From Parafilimonas sp. (GTDB lineage: Bacteria; Bacteroidota; Bacteroidia; Chitinophagales; Chitinophagaceae), in assembly GCA_017856455.1 (NCBI GenBank), contig JAFMEZ010000001.1:10439-74438 (forward strand): a DNA stretch of 64,000 nt, in the 5' to 3' direction. Within the stretch, counting starts at the first letter, position 1. The number at the start of each line of letters is the position of its first letter. Shown piece by piece: positions 9,660-19,334 of this stretch. The notes beneath the pieces are model-generated. The model searched no databases. It was given only the letters and a program-made list of their open reading frames with translations, and had not been told where the DNA came from. The translations under genes were made by a program, and so were the position numbers.

Positions 9660-10738
9660 TCAATAGCTGCTTCACAATGAGGGTTAGAAAAAAAATGAGG
9701 TTTTTATTGCTGATGCCAATCGCAATCATTTTATGGTTGTTGGCAGACCAATATCTTTTATGTCCGACAATTGATTTCCCCCAATCAAGTCCATTTACCG
9801 GCACTAATATTTATAACCCCTATGCTGGTCTTGATACCAATGATATCGCCGTTGCAAACTTTCATGCACATTCAAAAGCCTGGAGCGGTTTAACAAATGG
9901 CAAAGGGTCTGCGATGGATATTTGGAGAAGATACGATAGTATGGGTTATTCATTCAATGGTGTTTCCCAGTACTTTACCATAGACGCGTTCAATCAAACT
10001 GCTGATAATTATGTGCCTGTTTATGAACATGGCATGAATGTAAAAAAAACTCATCAGCTTGTAATTGGTGCCCAGTCAGTTGTATGGAAGGATTATATAT
10101 TTCCACAAACCATCAACAACAAACAATTTATCATCAATAAAATTGCTGAGGATCCCAATGCAATGATTGTATTGAATCATCCTGGAATGCTAAGTGGTTA
10201 TACAAAAGAAGATCTGCAAAAATTATATAATTATGATTTTGTAGAAATTCTAAATCCTCAAGCTCAATCACTTGCTCATTGGGATGCAGCATTATCAAGT
10301 GGACATGCAGTTTTTGGTTTGGCGGATGATGATGTACACAATGTTTTTAAAAACAGTTTGATCAGCAGATTTTATAACATCGTATATAATACTGGGAAAA
10401 AAACAAGTGGTCTATACCAGTCCTTGAAACAGGGTAAGCATATAGCAGTTTGGGCACCAAAAGTGGATAGCGATAATTTATCCAATAAACGAGAAAAGAT
10501 TGATACGTATAAAATATTGATGCAATATGCTGAAATCACGCATGATACCATTCATGTCAAATTCTCCCAGGCTATTGATACAGTTAAAATTATTGGACAA
10601 AATGGAACAATAATCTCTCAGATGACCCAAAAATCTGAGGTTTTTTATCATATAAAGCCGACTGATAGCTACATCCGGGTTGAATATATTATCAAGGATG
10701 GCACAAGGTTCTATATGAATCCCTTTTTTAGGTACTAA
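9656..10738 (+). CDS. PHP-fold metallohydrolase with N-terminal membrane anchor (true start may be 9677 or 9695)
   Basis: NFHAHS, YEHG, LNHP, ADDDVH pattern matches PHP metal ligands; hydrophobic N-terminus. Confidence 0.6.
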   Translation: MINSCFTMRVRKKMRFLLLMPIAIILWLLADQYLLCPTIDFPQSSPFTGTNIYNPYAGLDTNDIAVANFHAHSKAWSGLTNGKGSAMDIWRRYDSMGYSFNGVSQYFTIDAFNQTADNYVPVYEHGMNVKKTHQLVIGAQSVVWKDYIFPQTINNKQFIINKIAEDPNAMIVLNHPGMLSGYTKEDLQKLYNYDFVEILNPQAQSLAHWDAALSSGHAVFGLADDDVHNVFKNSLISRFYNIVYNTGKKTSGLYQSLKQGKHIAVWAPKVDSDNLSNKREKIDTYKILMQYAEITHDTIHVKFSQAIDTVKIIGQNGTIISQMTQKSEVFYHIKPTDSYIRVEYIIKDGTRFYMNPFFRY

Positions 10739-10791
10739 AATACCCTATCGCAGTCTCAATTACTTATCTTAGATATCCAAAATCAGTCACT

Positions 10792-13700
10792 ATGCAATTT
10801 TCAATTAATCGCGTTATCATTAGTCTGTTTATTGTTTCAATCTTGAGTTTGACATCATTTGCTCAAAAGAAGTCACCGTTGAAAAATACCAACGTTGAAA
10901 CAGCCAGTATCAATCTTGATGAATACTTTAAACCCGTTTACTGGAGAAATATAGGTCCAACTCGCGGTGGACGATCTGTTACATCAACTGGTGTGAAAGG
11001 AGATCCATTAACTTATTATATGGGTACAACTGGAGGTGGTGTTTGGAAAACAGAAGATGCTGGACAAACATGGAAAAATATTTCTGATGGTTTTTTTAAT
11101 ACTGGATCAGTTGGTGCAGTAGCCGTTTCAGAATCAGATCCAAATGTTGTTTTTGTTGGAATGGGTGAACATGCTCCTAGAGGTGTAATGACTTCTTATG
11201 GTGATGGTGTGTATCGTTCAACTGATGCAGGAAAAACATGGAAGCATTTGGGACTTGAATTGACTCGCCATATTTCAAATATTCGTATTCATCCTAAAAA
11301 TCCAGATGTAGTTTATATTGGTGCACAAGGGGCATTGCATGGAGCATCGAAGGAGAGAGGAGTTTACAAATCTGATGATGGTGGAAAGACATGGAAAAAT
11401 GTTTTATACGTTGATGAAAATTCAGGTTGTGTTGATTTGAGTATGGATATGAATAACCCGCGTATACTTTATGCTGCCATGTGGGATCATCGTCGTTTAC
11501 CTTGGGCAGTTCAAAGTGGAGGTAAAGGAAGTGGTTTGTATAAAAGTACAGATGGTGGAGAAACCTGGACAAAGATTCAACAAGGTTTGCCAAAAGAATT
11601 GGGGAAGATGAGTATTTCAGTTTCAGCAGCAAATTCAAATAAGGTATATGCTTTGGTTGAAAGTGATACTGAAAAAGAACAGGGTGGACTTTTTGTATCA
11701 AATGACGGAGGATCCAACTGGAACAGAATCAGTAAAGATCATCGCTTGGTTTCTAGAGCTTGGTATTATATTGAAGTTTTTGCTGATCCTCAACAAGAAA
11801 ACACTGTGTATGTATTGAGTGCAGCTGGATTAAAATCAACTGATGGCGGAAAAACCTGGACAAATATCTCTGGAACACATGGAGATTATCATCAACTATG
11901 GATCAATCCAAACAATAACCAGAATATGGTTATATCAAATGATGGTGGAGCTGCTGTGACTTTCAATGGAGGAAAAGTTTGGACATCACAAAACAATCAA
12001 CCTACAGCTCAATTTTACCGCATCAACGTCGATAATCTTTTTCCCTATAATATTTATGCAGGTCAACAGGATAATACATCTGTTAAGATTGCAAGCAGAA
12101 ATACACAGGGCGGAAATATTGGCGATAGGCAATGGTCTTACTCTGCAGGTGGTGAGTCGGCTTTTTTAGGTTTTGATCCAAATAATCCAAGATATGTAAT
12201 GGGTGGAAGTTATCAAGGAACAATTGAGTTATTGGATACACATACTGGTGAAGGTGTAGGAGTGATGGTATATCCAATGCAGTACCAAGCCATGCAGCCA
12301 AAAAATATGACATACAGATTCAATTGGAACGCACCAATTGCATATTCAAAACATGAAAAAAATGTTTTCTATCATGCGGGCAACCATCTTTTCAGAACAA
12401 GAGATATGGGTAAGTCTTGGGAAGTTATTTCTCCAGATTTAACAACACATGACACAACTAAAATGGGAATTAGTGGCTATCCTTATACCAATGAAGGTGC
12501 AGGTGGCGAGAATTATTGCACCATCGCTTACTTCATGGAGTCAGATAAAGAAAAAGGAGTAATGTATACAGGCAGTGATGATGGATTGGTGCATGTAACT
12601 AAAGATGATGGAAAAACCTGGACAAATATTACGCCGGTTGATTTAGGAGAAGCATTGATCAATGCAATTGAGGTATCACCTCATGATCCAGCAACAGTCT
12701 ATGTTGCTGCTACAAAATACAAACTAAATGATTTTACACCATTTGCGTATAAATCAAATGATTATGGAAAAACCTGGACAAAAATTGTAAATGGTTTGCC
12801 ATATGGTGCGTGTGTTAGAGTAGTAAGAGAAGATAATGTGAGAAAAAATCTTCTTTTTGCTGGTACAGAAATTGGTTTATTTACTTCTTATGATGGTGGT
12901 AATACTTGGAATAAATTTCAAAGAAATCTACCTATTACTCCAATTACTGATTTAAAAATTCATCAAAATAATCTGATTGCATCAACACAAGGAAGAGCTT
13001 TTTGGATTTTAGATGAATTGCAGCCAGTTAGAACATATGATGGTCAGCAGACGATGAAATTGATCTCAACACCTGAGGCTTTCAGAGTTTCTGGTTATAG
13101 CATTTTTGATAGAAACGATGATGATACAACTCAGAAATATCCTGTAACTACCGGCGCAAATCCTTCTACTGGAGCTGTTATATACTATCAACTACCATCT
13201 GATTCAGTTAAATCGCTTACGCTTCAAGTGAAAGATAATAAAGGTTATGTCGTACGTTCCTTTAGTAATAAAGCTATTCATGTTCCTGCTACGAATAACA
13301 GTTTGAAAGATGAACCTGTTCTAACTGCTAAAAAAGGACTCAATCGATTTGTATGGAATTTACGCAGACCAGAAATGCCAACAATCGACAATGTATACAT
13401 TGAAGGAAACTATAATGGAGGTAAGATCGTTCCTGGCGACTATACATTATCTATCAATGCAGATGGAGTTGAAAAAACTGCTACATTAAAAGTGAATGCT
13501 GATCCTCGACTGCAATTCAGTAATGATGAATATGCTGCTCAGGACGATTTGCTAAAAAAGCTTGAAAAAGATATGACTGATATTCATGTTGCCGTAAACC
13601 GAATGAATGCGTTGTCAAAACAAATTGATGCCTTGAATAAGTTGATTGAAAATGATGAATCTAAAAAAGCACTTGTTCAAACTGGTAAATCAATCATTGA

Positions 13701-13986
13701 AAAAATCAAGGATTGGGAAGGAAAGTTGATTCAACCTAAAGCTCAATCATATGATGATATTATCAATTTTGTAAATAAGCTTAGCGCAAATATCATTTTT
13801 GTACATGGCGAGTTGAGTGCAACAGTTCCACATGTAACAGCGGGACAGGTTAAGCGTTACAATGATCTTCACGCAGATTGGTTGGTATATGAGAAACAGA
13901 TGAAAGATTTATTGTCAAACGAAGTTGCATCGTATAATCAATTGTGCAGAAACATGGGAGTCAATAATGTCATTTTGCCTGATTAA
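10792..13986 (+). CDS. Secreted VPS10/BNR (Asp-box) repeat beta-propeller glycosyl hydrolase-like protein
   Basis: [12 protein letters not shown] start, about eleven S/T-x-D-x-G-x-T/S-W Asp-boxes, C-terminal coiled coil. Confidence 0.85.
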   Translation: MQFSINRVIISLFIVSILSLTSFAQKKSPLKNTNVETASINLDEYFKPVYWRNIGPTRGGRSVTSTGVKGDPLTYYMGTTGGGVWKTEDAGQTWKNISDGFFNTGSVGAVAVSESDPNVVFVGMGEHAPRGVMTSYGDGVYRSTDAGKTWKHLGLELTRHISNIRIHPKNPDVVYIGAQGALHGASKERGVYKSDDGGKTWKNVLYVDENSGCVDLSMDMNNPRILYAAMWDHRRLPWAVQSGGKGSGLYKSTDGGETWTKIQQGLPKELGKMSISVSAANSNKVYALVESDTEKEQGGLFVSNDGGSNWNRISKDHRLVSRAWYYIEVFADPQQENTVYVLSAAGLKSTDGGKTWTNISGTHGDYHQLWINPNNNQNMVISNDGGAAVTFNGGKVWTSQNNQPTAQFYRINVDNLFPYNIYAGQQDNTSVKIASRNTQGGNIGDRQWSYSAGGESAFLGFDPNNPRYVMGGSYQGTIELLDTHTGEGVGVMVYPMQYQAMQPKNMTYRFNWNAPIAYSKHEKNVFYHAGNHLFRTRDMGKSWEVISPDLTTHDTTKMGISGYPYTNEGAGGENYCTIAYFMESDKEKGVMYTGSDDGLVHVTKDDGKTWTNITPVDLGEALINAIEVSPHDPATVYVAATKYKLNDFTPFAYKSNDYGKTWTKIVNGLPYGACVRVVREDNVRKNLLFAGTEIGLFTSYDGGNTWNKFQRNLPITPITDLKIHQNNLIASTQGRAFWILDELQPVRTYDGQQTMKLISTPEAFRVSGYSIFDRNDDDTTQKYPVTTGANPSTGAVIYYQLPSDSVKSLTLQVKDNKGYVVRSFSNKAIHVPATNNSLKDEPVLTAKKGLNRFVWNLRRPEMPTIDNVYIEGNYNGGKIVPGDYTLSINADGVEKTATLKVNADPRLQFSNDEYAAQDDLLKKLEKDMTDIHVAVNRMNALSKQIDALNKLIENDESKKALVQTGKSIIEKIKDWEGKLIQPKAQSYDDIINFVNKLSANIIFVHGELSATVPHVTAGQVKRYNDLHADWLVYEKQMKDLLSNEVASYNQLCRNMGVNNVILPD

Positions 13987-14000
13987 AATTTTATAGCCAA

Positions 14001-16706
14001 ATGCATCATATGAAAAAAACGATTGCTTGTCTATTGATGGCCTTTATATTTCTAAATGGCATCGCACAGACGACTGTTTCAGAAATGTTATGTGAAAACA
14101 TGATCAATCCAATTGGTATTGGAGAAAAAAAGCCAAGGTTTACTTGGAAGATCAATGCTACAGCACCCTCTACAATTCAAACTGCATATGAACTTATTGT
14201 TCGAAAAGGTAAACAGAAGGTTTGGAATACAGGAAAAGTTGTATCAGCACAATCCGTATTTGTTGAGTTTGAAGGTCTCGCACTTGAACCAGATACAAAG
14301 TATAACTGGCAGGTTAGGGTATGGGATAACCACGGTAACACCTCAGCATGGTCGGTACAATCAACATTTCAAACTGCATTTTTTGACAGTAGTTCATGGC
14401 AGGCCAAGTGGATTGGGATAGGATTCGAAGAAGATAAAAAAAATCGTCCCGCTCAATATTTTAGAAATAACATCAATATAAAAAAAGATGTTTTACAGGC
14501 AACAGCTTACATCACTTCTCAAGGTATGTATGAGGCTTCTATCAATGGAAGTAAAATCGGAAATGGTTATCTCACTCCAGGTTGGACCAGCTATAAAAAA
14601 AGATTGCAATACCAGGTTTATGATGTTGCATCTTATTTGAAAAAAGGAAATAATACGCTTGGCGCAGTATTGGGTAATGGTTGGTTCAGGGGTACATTGG
14701 GTTGGTCAAACAACGTGGATATCTACGGTAAGGAATTGGGTCTTTTGATGCAGGTAAATGTTGTTTATGCAGACGGAACAAAGGAAGTATTTACAACAGA
14801 TGAAAATTGGAAATCATCTTATGGCGCAATTTTATCTAATGAGATATATCATGGTGAGGAAATAGACGCTAGAAAGGATCAGACAAATTGGAACCTTCCG
14901 ATTTTTAATGCCACAAATTGGAAACCTGTCAAAATATTGAATAGCGGTTATAAGCATCTAATCGCTACAGAAAATGAGTTGATCACCTCGCATGAAAAAA
15001 TTCAACCCATAAAAATATTTACTACTCCGAAGGGGGAGCGTGTTCTAGACTTTGGACAAAATTTAGTTGGGTGGGTAAAAATAAAAGTGAAGGGAAATTC
15101 AGGTGATTCGATCATTATCAAGCACGCTGAGGTCTTGGATAAGTTTGGTAATTTCTACATCGACAATATGCGTTCTGCACGAACCACTGCCAAATACATT
15201 TTGTCTGGGAAAAATACTGAAGAGTTTGAGCCACATTTTACATTTTTTGGATTTCGTTATATCATGGTTGAGGGTTCAATTACTGAAATAAAGCCAGAAG
15301 ACTTTACTGCAATTGTATTGCATTCCAATATGAATCCGTCGGGTAGTTTTTCTAGCTCTGATCCTCTCGTAAATCAATTGCAGCAAAATATTCAATGGGG
15401 ACAAAAAGGAAATTTTCTAGATGTTCCAACAGATTGTCCGCAGCGTGATGAGAGATTGGGCTGGACAGGCGATGCTCAAGTTTTTTCAAGAACTGCAGCA
15501 TTTAATTATAACGTACATAATTTTTTCAATAAGTGGTTAAAAGATCTTGAAGCAGATCAACTGCAAAATGGAAGTGTACCATTTGTAATTCCAAATGTTT
15601 TAGGTGCTGGGGCATCAGGTTCTGCAGGATGGGCCGATGTTGCAACCATCGCACCATGGAACATGTACCTTGTATATGGTGATAAAAAAGTGCTTGAAAA
15701 TCAATATGCTTCAATGAAAGCATGGGTAGGTTTCATGGAGCAAAATGCTAAAAACGATTTGTGGAATAAAGGATTTCATTTTGGAGATTGGTTATTTTAC
15801 AGACCTTTTGATGATAATGATGGACGAGCTGCCGTAACGGATAAGTACATGATTGCACAGTGTTTTTATGCGAATTCAATTCAGTTACTTATCAATGCTG
15901 CTAAAGTTTTAGATAAAAACGAAGATGTAAGTTTTTATACCGATCGACTCAAGAATGTGAAAGATGCATATGTCAAAGAATATATGACTTCTACAGGTCG
16001 CCTGGTTTCTGGTACACAGACGGCATATGTATTGGCGCTTCAATTTGATATGTTACCTGAAAATCTACGTCAATCTGCAGCAGACCGACTGGTTGAAAAC
16101 ATTACTTCTTATAATACACATTTATCAACTGGCTTTTTGGGAACACCATATTTGTGTGAAGTGCTGACTAAGTTTGGTAAAGTTGATGTTGCGTATAAAT
16201 TATTGATGCAAAAAACTTTTCCTTCTTGGTTGTATCCTGTTAAAATGGGTGCAACAACTATTTGGGAAAGATGGGGTGGGATGCATCCCGACAGCACATT
16301 TGAACCCGCCAGTATGAACTCATTTAATCATTATGCATATGGGGCAATTGGTGATTGGATGTATAGGGCTGTTGTTGGAATCGATAACGAGGAGGGAAGT
16401 GTAGGCTATAAAAAAATTCGTATTAAGCCATATATCATTGATACCCTCACCAATGCATCTGCTTCATTAGAAACATATTTTGGGAGAGTCAGTAATTCTT
16501 GGAAAATCAATGGTAAGCAAATTGTGATGGAAACATCCATCCCAGCTAATACATCCGCAGTAATTTACTATCCATCACAACATGAAATTTCGGTGAATGG
16601 TAAAAAAGAAATTTCAGAAGCAGGGATAAAATTCCTGAGAATTGAAAATGGTTATTCGGTTTATGAAGTAGGCTCAGGTGCTTATCGATTTGAAGGGAAC
16701 CGCTAA
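14001..16706 (+). CDS. Alpha-L-rhamnosidase, GH78 (start probably 14010)
   Basis: DFGQNLVGW, PTDCPQRDERLGWTGD, GATTIWERW, NSFNHYAYG. Confidence 0.93.
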   Translation: MHHMKKTIACLLMAFIFLNGIAQTTVSEMLCENMINPIGIGEKKPRFTWKINATAPSTIQTAYELIVRKGKQKVWNTGKVVSAQSVFVEFEGLALEPDTKYNWQVRVWDNHGNTSAWSVQSTFQTAFFDSSSWQAKWIGIGFEEDKKNRPAQYFRNNINIKKDVLQATAYITSQGMYEASINGSKIGNGYLTPGWTSYKKRLQYQVYDVASYLKKGNNTLGAVLGNGWFRGTLGWSNNVDIYGKELGLLMQVNVVYADGTKEVFTTDENWKSSYGAILSNEIYHGEEIDARKDQTNWNLPIFNATNWKPVKILNSGYKHLIATENELITSHEKIQPIKIFTTPKGERVLDFGQNLVGWVKIKVKGNSGDSIIIKHAEVLDKFGNFYIDNMRSARTTAKYILSGKNTEEFEPHFTFFGFRYIMVEGSITEIKPEDFTAIVLHSNMNPSGSFSSSDPLVNQLQQNIQWGQKGNFLDVPTDCPQRDERLGWTGDAQVFSRTAAFNYNVHNFFNKWLKDLEADQLQNGSVPFVIPNVLGAGASGSAGWADVATIAPWNMYLVYGDKKVLENQYASMKAWVGFMEQNAKNDLWNKGFHFGDWLFYRPFDDNDGRAAVTDKYMIAQCFYANSIQLLINAAKVLDKNEDVSFYTDRLKNVKDAYVKEYMTSTGRLVSGTQTAYVLALQFDMLPENLRQSAADRLVENITSYNTHLSTGFLGTPYLCEVLTKFGKVDVAYKLLMQKTFPSWLYPVKMGATTIWERWGGMHPDSTFEPASMNSFNHYAYGAIGDWMYRAVVGIDNEEGSVGYKKIRIKPYIIDTLTNASASLETYFGRVSNSWKINGKQIVMETSIPANTSAVIYYPSQHEISVNGKKEISEAGIKFLRIENGYSVYEVGSGAYRFEGNR

Positions 16707-17962
16707 GATTCTAGTCCTGCTAGGGAAAGGCTAAGTTTCTTCAGCTCAGAAATTTGTGAATCTTCTACGATGCACTGAGGCATTAGTATCAGTGATGTAT
16801 TGTTTGATTTCCACCAATTTTTTTGGAAGAGCGATTTAAATGGAATTGTGCCAATTAAATAACTCCTCTCATTTCCTGCATGCCATTCTTCGATGCTGTT
16901 AAATTCTTCTTTAGGAATAAATTTAATGTCCTCAAAGCTCACATAAACTTTTAAGTGGAAGTCCCAGCTGAGCTCCGCTTTGATAGGCTGATTAAGTTTT
17001 TTGTATTCATATTTATAGCCATAGCGTAATGCTGCAATATCACTCAGCACTGCAGATCCTGTTGGAAAACTTCCTGCTCCTTTGCCATAAAAAAATTGTT
17101 TGTCGGCAAATCCACTTTCAATTACCACACCATTGTACTCGTTTTTTACAAAATACAAGTGTTCATTGGCGTCAATAAATTGCGGCAATAAAAAAGATGC
17201 AACTTTCCCATTATTGAGTTTTTGAGCCTGAGCAACGAGTTTTATAGATTGATTTTTTGCTTGTGCAACTTTTGCATCTAATTCATTTATTTGTGTAATA
17301 CCATTGAATAACATTTCCTTGATATTTGTATTGATGCCATAACTGTGTGCGAGGAGAAGCACCCATTTATTGGCAGCATCATAACCTTCGATATCGAGTG
17401 TAGGATCAGATTCAGCAAATCCAAGTTGTTGAGCAAGTAAAAGGGCCTCTTTAAAATTGAGGTGTTCCTCAAACATTTTTGTAAGAATGAAATTGGTTGA
17501 TCCGTTTACAATCGCTTTTATTGAATGCAATAAATCATTATCGTAATACTCTTCCAAATTCCTAATTACTGGAATGGATGCGCAAGCAGATGCTTCATAG
17601 AGCAATGATTTACCAGTTGTATTTTGAAGTTCGATCAATTCTTGCAAGTGTTCAGATAGCATTTTTTTACTTGCACTAACAACATCTTTCCCGTTTTTTA
17701 AAGCAGTGGTAACAATTTCATAACCAGCCTGACTGTCATTGATCACTTCTACGATAACATTGATTTCAGGATCAAACAACAGATCGTTTTTTTCCGAGGT
17801 AAAAAGATCTGCTGGCGCACTTCTTTTTTTATGTGGGTTTTTAATACAAACTTTTTTAATGCTTGCTTTTAATGAAGGAGTTTGTTTCAAAATTTTATAA
17901 AGTCCTTCTCCAACAACGCCAAATCCAAACATACCAATGACTAATGTTTTTTCAGATCCCAT
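16703..17962 (-). CDS. hom: Homoserine dehydrogenase (monofunctional)
   Basis: GFGVVG, VSASK, YEAS, VNGSTNFIL, GFAESDPTLDIEGYDAANK, GKGAGSFPTGSAV. Confidence 0.93.
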   Translation of the reverse strand: MGSEKTLVIGMFGFGVVGEGLYKILKQTPSLKASIKKVCIKNPHKKRSAPADLFTSEKNDLLFDPEINVIVEVINDSQAGYEIVTTALKNGKDVVSASKKMLSEHLQELIELQNTTGKSLLYEASACASIPVIRNLEEYYDNDLLHSIKAIVNGSTNFILTKMFEEHLNFKEALLLAQQLGFAESDPTLDIEGYDAANKWVLLLAHSYGINTNIKEMLFNGITQINELDAKVAQAKNQSIKLVAQAQKLNNGKVASFLLPQFIDANEHLYFVKNEYNGVVIESGFADKQFFYGKGAGSFPTGSAVLSDIAALRYGYKYEYKKLNQPIKAELSWDFHLKVYVSFEDIKFIPKEEFNSIEEWHAGNERSYLIGTIPFKSLFQKNWWKSNNTSLILMPQCIVEDSQISELKKLSLSLAGLES

Positions 17963-17964
17963 CT

Positions 17965-18981
17965 CTATGAAATTAAATTGTTTAAAAGTTTTGTAATTTT
18001 TTCATTCTCCAATAAAAATCCATCATGTCCATATATGGAATCAATGATTTCGATTTTTGCATTGGGGATATGTGCAGCAATGAATGATTGTTCTTTTACA
18101 GGAAACAATAGATCGCTTGATATTCCAATGACCATTGTTTTTGATTGAATCAATGCTAGTTTTTCTTCTGCTTCCATAATGCCTCTACCGAGGTGATGAC
18201 TATCCATAGTTTTGGTTAGCATATAGTAGCTGATGGCATTGAATCTTTTTGCGAGTTTTTCTCCTTGATATCGCTGGTAAGATTCGCTCTTTGTGGCCTC
18301 TATCGTTTTATCTGTGTCCTGTTGTGTTTGGTCATAGGTTTCATAATGCCTGTAGCTGATCAATGCTATTGACCTTGCTACTTTCATTCCCTCCAATCCT
18401 GCCTCCTCCGAGTCTGTTGTCCAAGTATGGTCATTTTCAATGCACATTCTTTGAGAAGCATTGAATGCTTTTCCCCATGGTGAGTGAAAGGCGTTGGTGG
18501 AGATGGGTACAATGAATTTGAAAAGCATTGGATTTGAAGTTGCCCACGACAATAATTGTTGTCCACCCATTGATGCTCCAATGCCTAAAAAAATACTTTC
18601 TATTTGAAGATGTTTTCTAAGTGATTCAAATGCATTGGCAATATCAAGTGAGCTGAAAAACGGGAAGGAATGTAAATAAGGCTTTTGCGTATCTGGATTA
18701 ATTTCAAGTGGACCAACACTGCCATAGCAGCTGCCGGGCATATTAGCACAGATGATAAAATATTTTTCAGGATCAAAAAACTTTCCTGTACCAATCATAC
18801 CTGGCCACCACTCTGAAGGGTCGCTGTTGGCTGTCATGCCATGAAATATCCATACAACATTATCTTTTTTTGCTGATAGATTACCGATAGTGGTATATGC
18901 CAATTTGAAATCACGGATTGTTTTTCCGGATTCCAATTGAAGTGTACCATGGTAATGATATGTATGTTTTTGTTTTTCCAT
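17965..18981 (-). CDS. metX: Homoserine O-acetyltransferase (MetX family)
   Basis: FHGMTANSD, GSCYGS, GASMGG, SDLLFP, YGHDGFL; start set at MEKQK (18981) because the ORF-track ATG lies inside the riboswitch terminator. Confidence 0.92.
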   Translation of the reverse strand: MEKQKHTYHYHGTLQLESGKTIRDFKLAYTTIGNLSAKKDNVVWIFHGMTANSDPSEWWPGMIGTGKFFDPEKYFIICANMPGSCYGSVGPLEINPDTQKPYLHSFPFFSSLDIANAFESLRKHLQIESIFLGIGASMGGQQLLSWATSNPMLFKFIVPISTNAFHSPWGKAFNASQRMCIENDHTWTTDSEEAGLEGMKVARSIALISYRHYETYDQTQQDTDKTIEATKSESYQRYQGEKLAKRFNAISYYMLTKTMDSHHLGRGIMEAEEKLALIQSKTMVIGISSDLLFPVKEQSFIAAHIPNAKIEIIDSIYGHDGFLLENEKITKLLNNLIS

Positions 18982-19008
18982 CTTATGATTTCTTTCCAGT
19001 GGGGCAAT

Positions 19009-19039
19009 AAAAAAACCCATCTGAAGTCAGATGGGTTTT
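19009..19039 (-). terminator. Intrinsic terminator of the SAM riboswitch expression platform
   Basis: Transcript AAAACCCAUCUG-ACUU-CAGAUGGGUUUUUUU. Confidence 0.88.
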
Positions 19040-19074
19040 CACTATAATTGATTAGATCTTGTCTAGAGAAAAAT

Positions 19075-19184
19075 CTGACTTATCTGCCTCCGCAATGCGG
19101 AGTTGGATTTGACACCTTATTATTATTGGTAACAGGTTGTCAAGGCTTCATCGGGCCAATCCCTCTGCCTTTCTGGATAAGAAG
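19075..19184 (-). ncRNA. SAM-I (S-box) riboswitch
   Basis: Transcript CUUAUCCAGAAAGGCAGAGGGAUUGGCCCGAUGAAGCCUUGACAACC...AAGGUGUCAAAUCC...GAUAAG upstream of metX-hom; -7 box TATCTTTG at 19207-19200. Confidence 0.95.
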
Positions 19185-19334
19185 TATAAAGAACTGGTAC
19201 AAAGATAATAATTTTTTCAAACAATGCAAATCAAGGCAAAATGTAGACCAATGGCAGGTTTTAAAAGGAATATTTTACAATTACTGAAACATTCGCCACA
19301 TTTGTCTGTTGTAACAAACAACTGGTAATTATTC

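Noticed and set aside
10792-13986. Recurring GATGGTGGAAAAACCTGG-like DNA motifs as a repeat array or CRISPR
   Set aside because: They are in-frame Asp-box codons within one ORF, degenerate and irregularly spaced.
4384-16706. Integrative element or genomic island at the tRNAs
   Set aside because: No integrase or transposase, no duplicated tRNA 3' end seen, and no obvious compositional shift by eye.
19048-19287. 79 aa plus-strand ORF between metX and uvrA
   Set aside because: It is the antisense of the SAM-I riboswitch and its promoter, with no protein features.
19200-19334. Shared SOS box upstream of uvrA, recG and recN
   Set aside because: No common palindrome could be found by eye across the three promoters.
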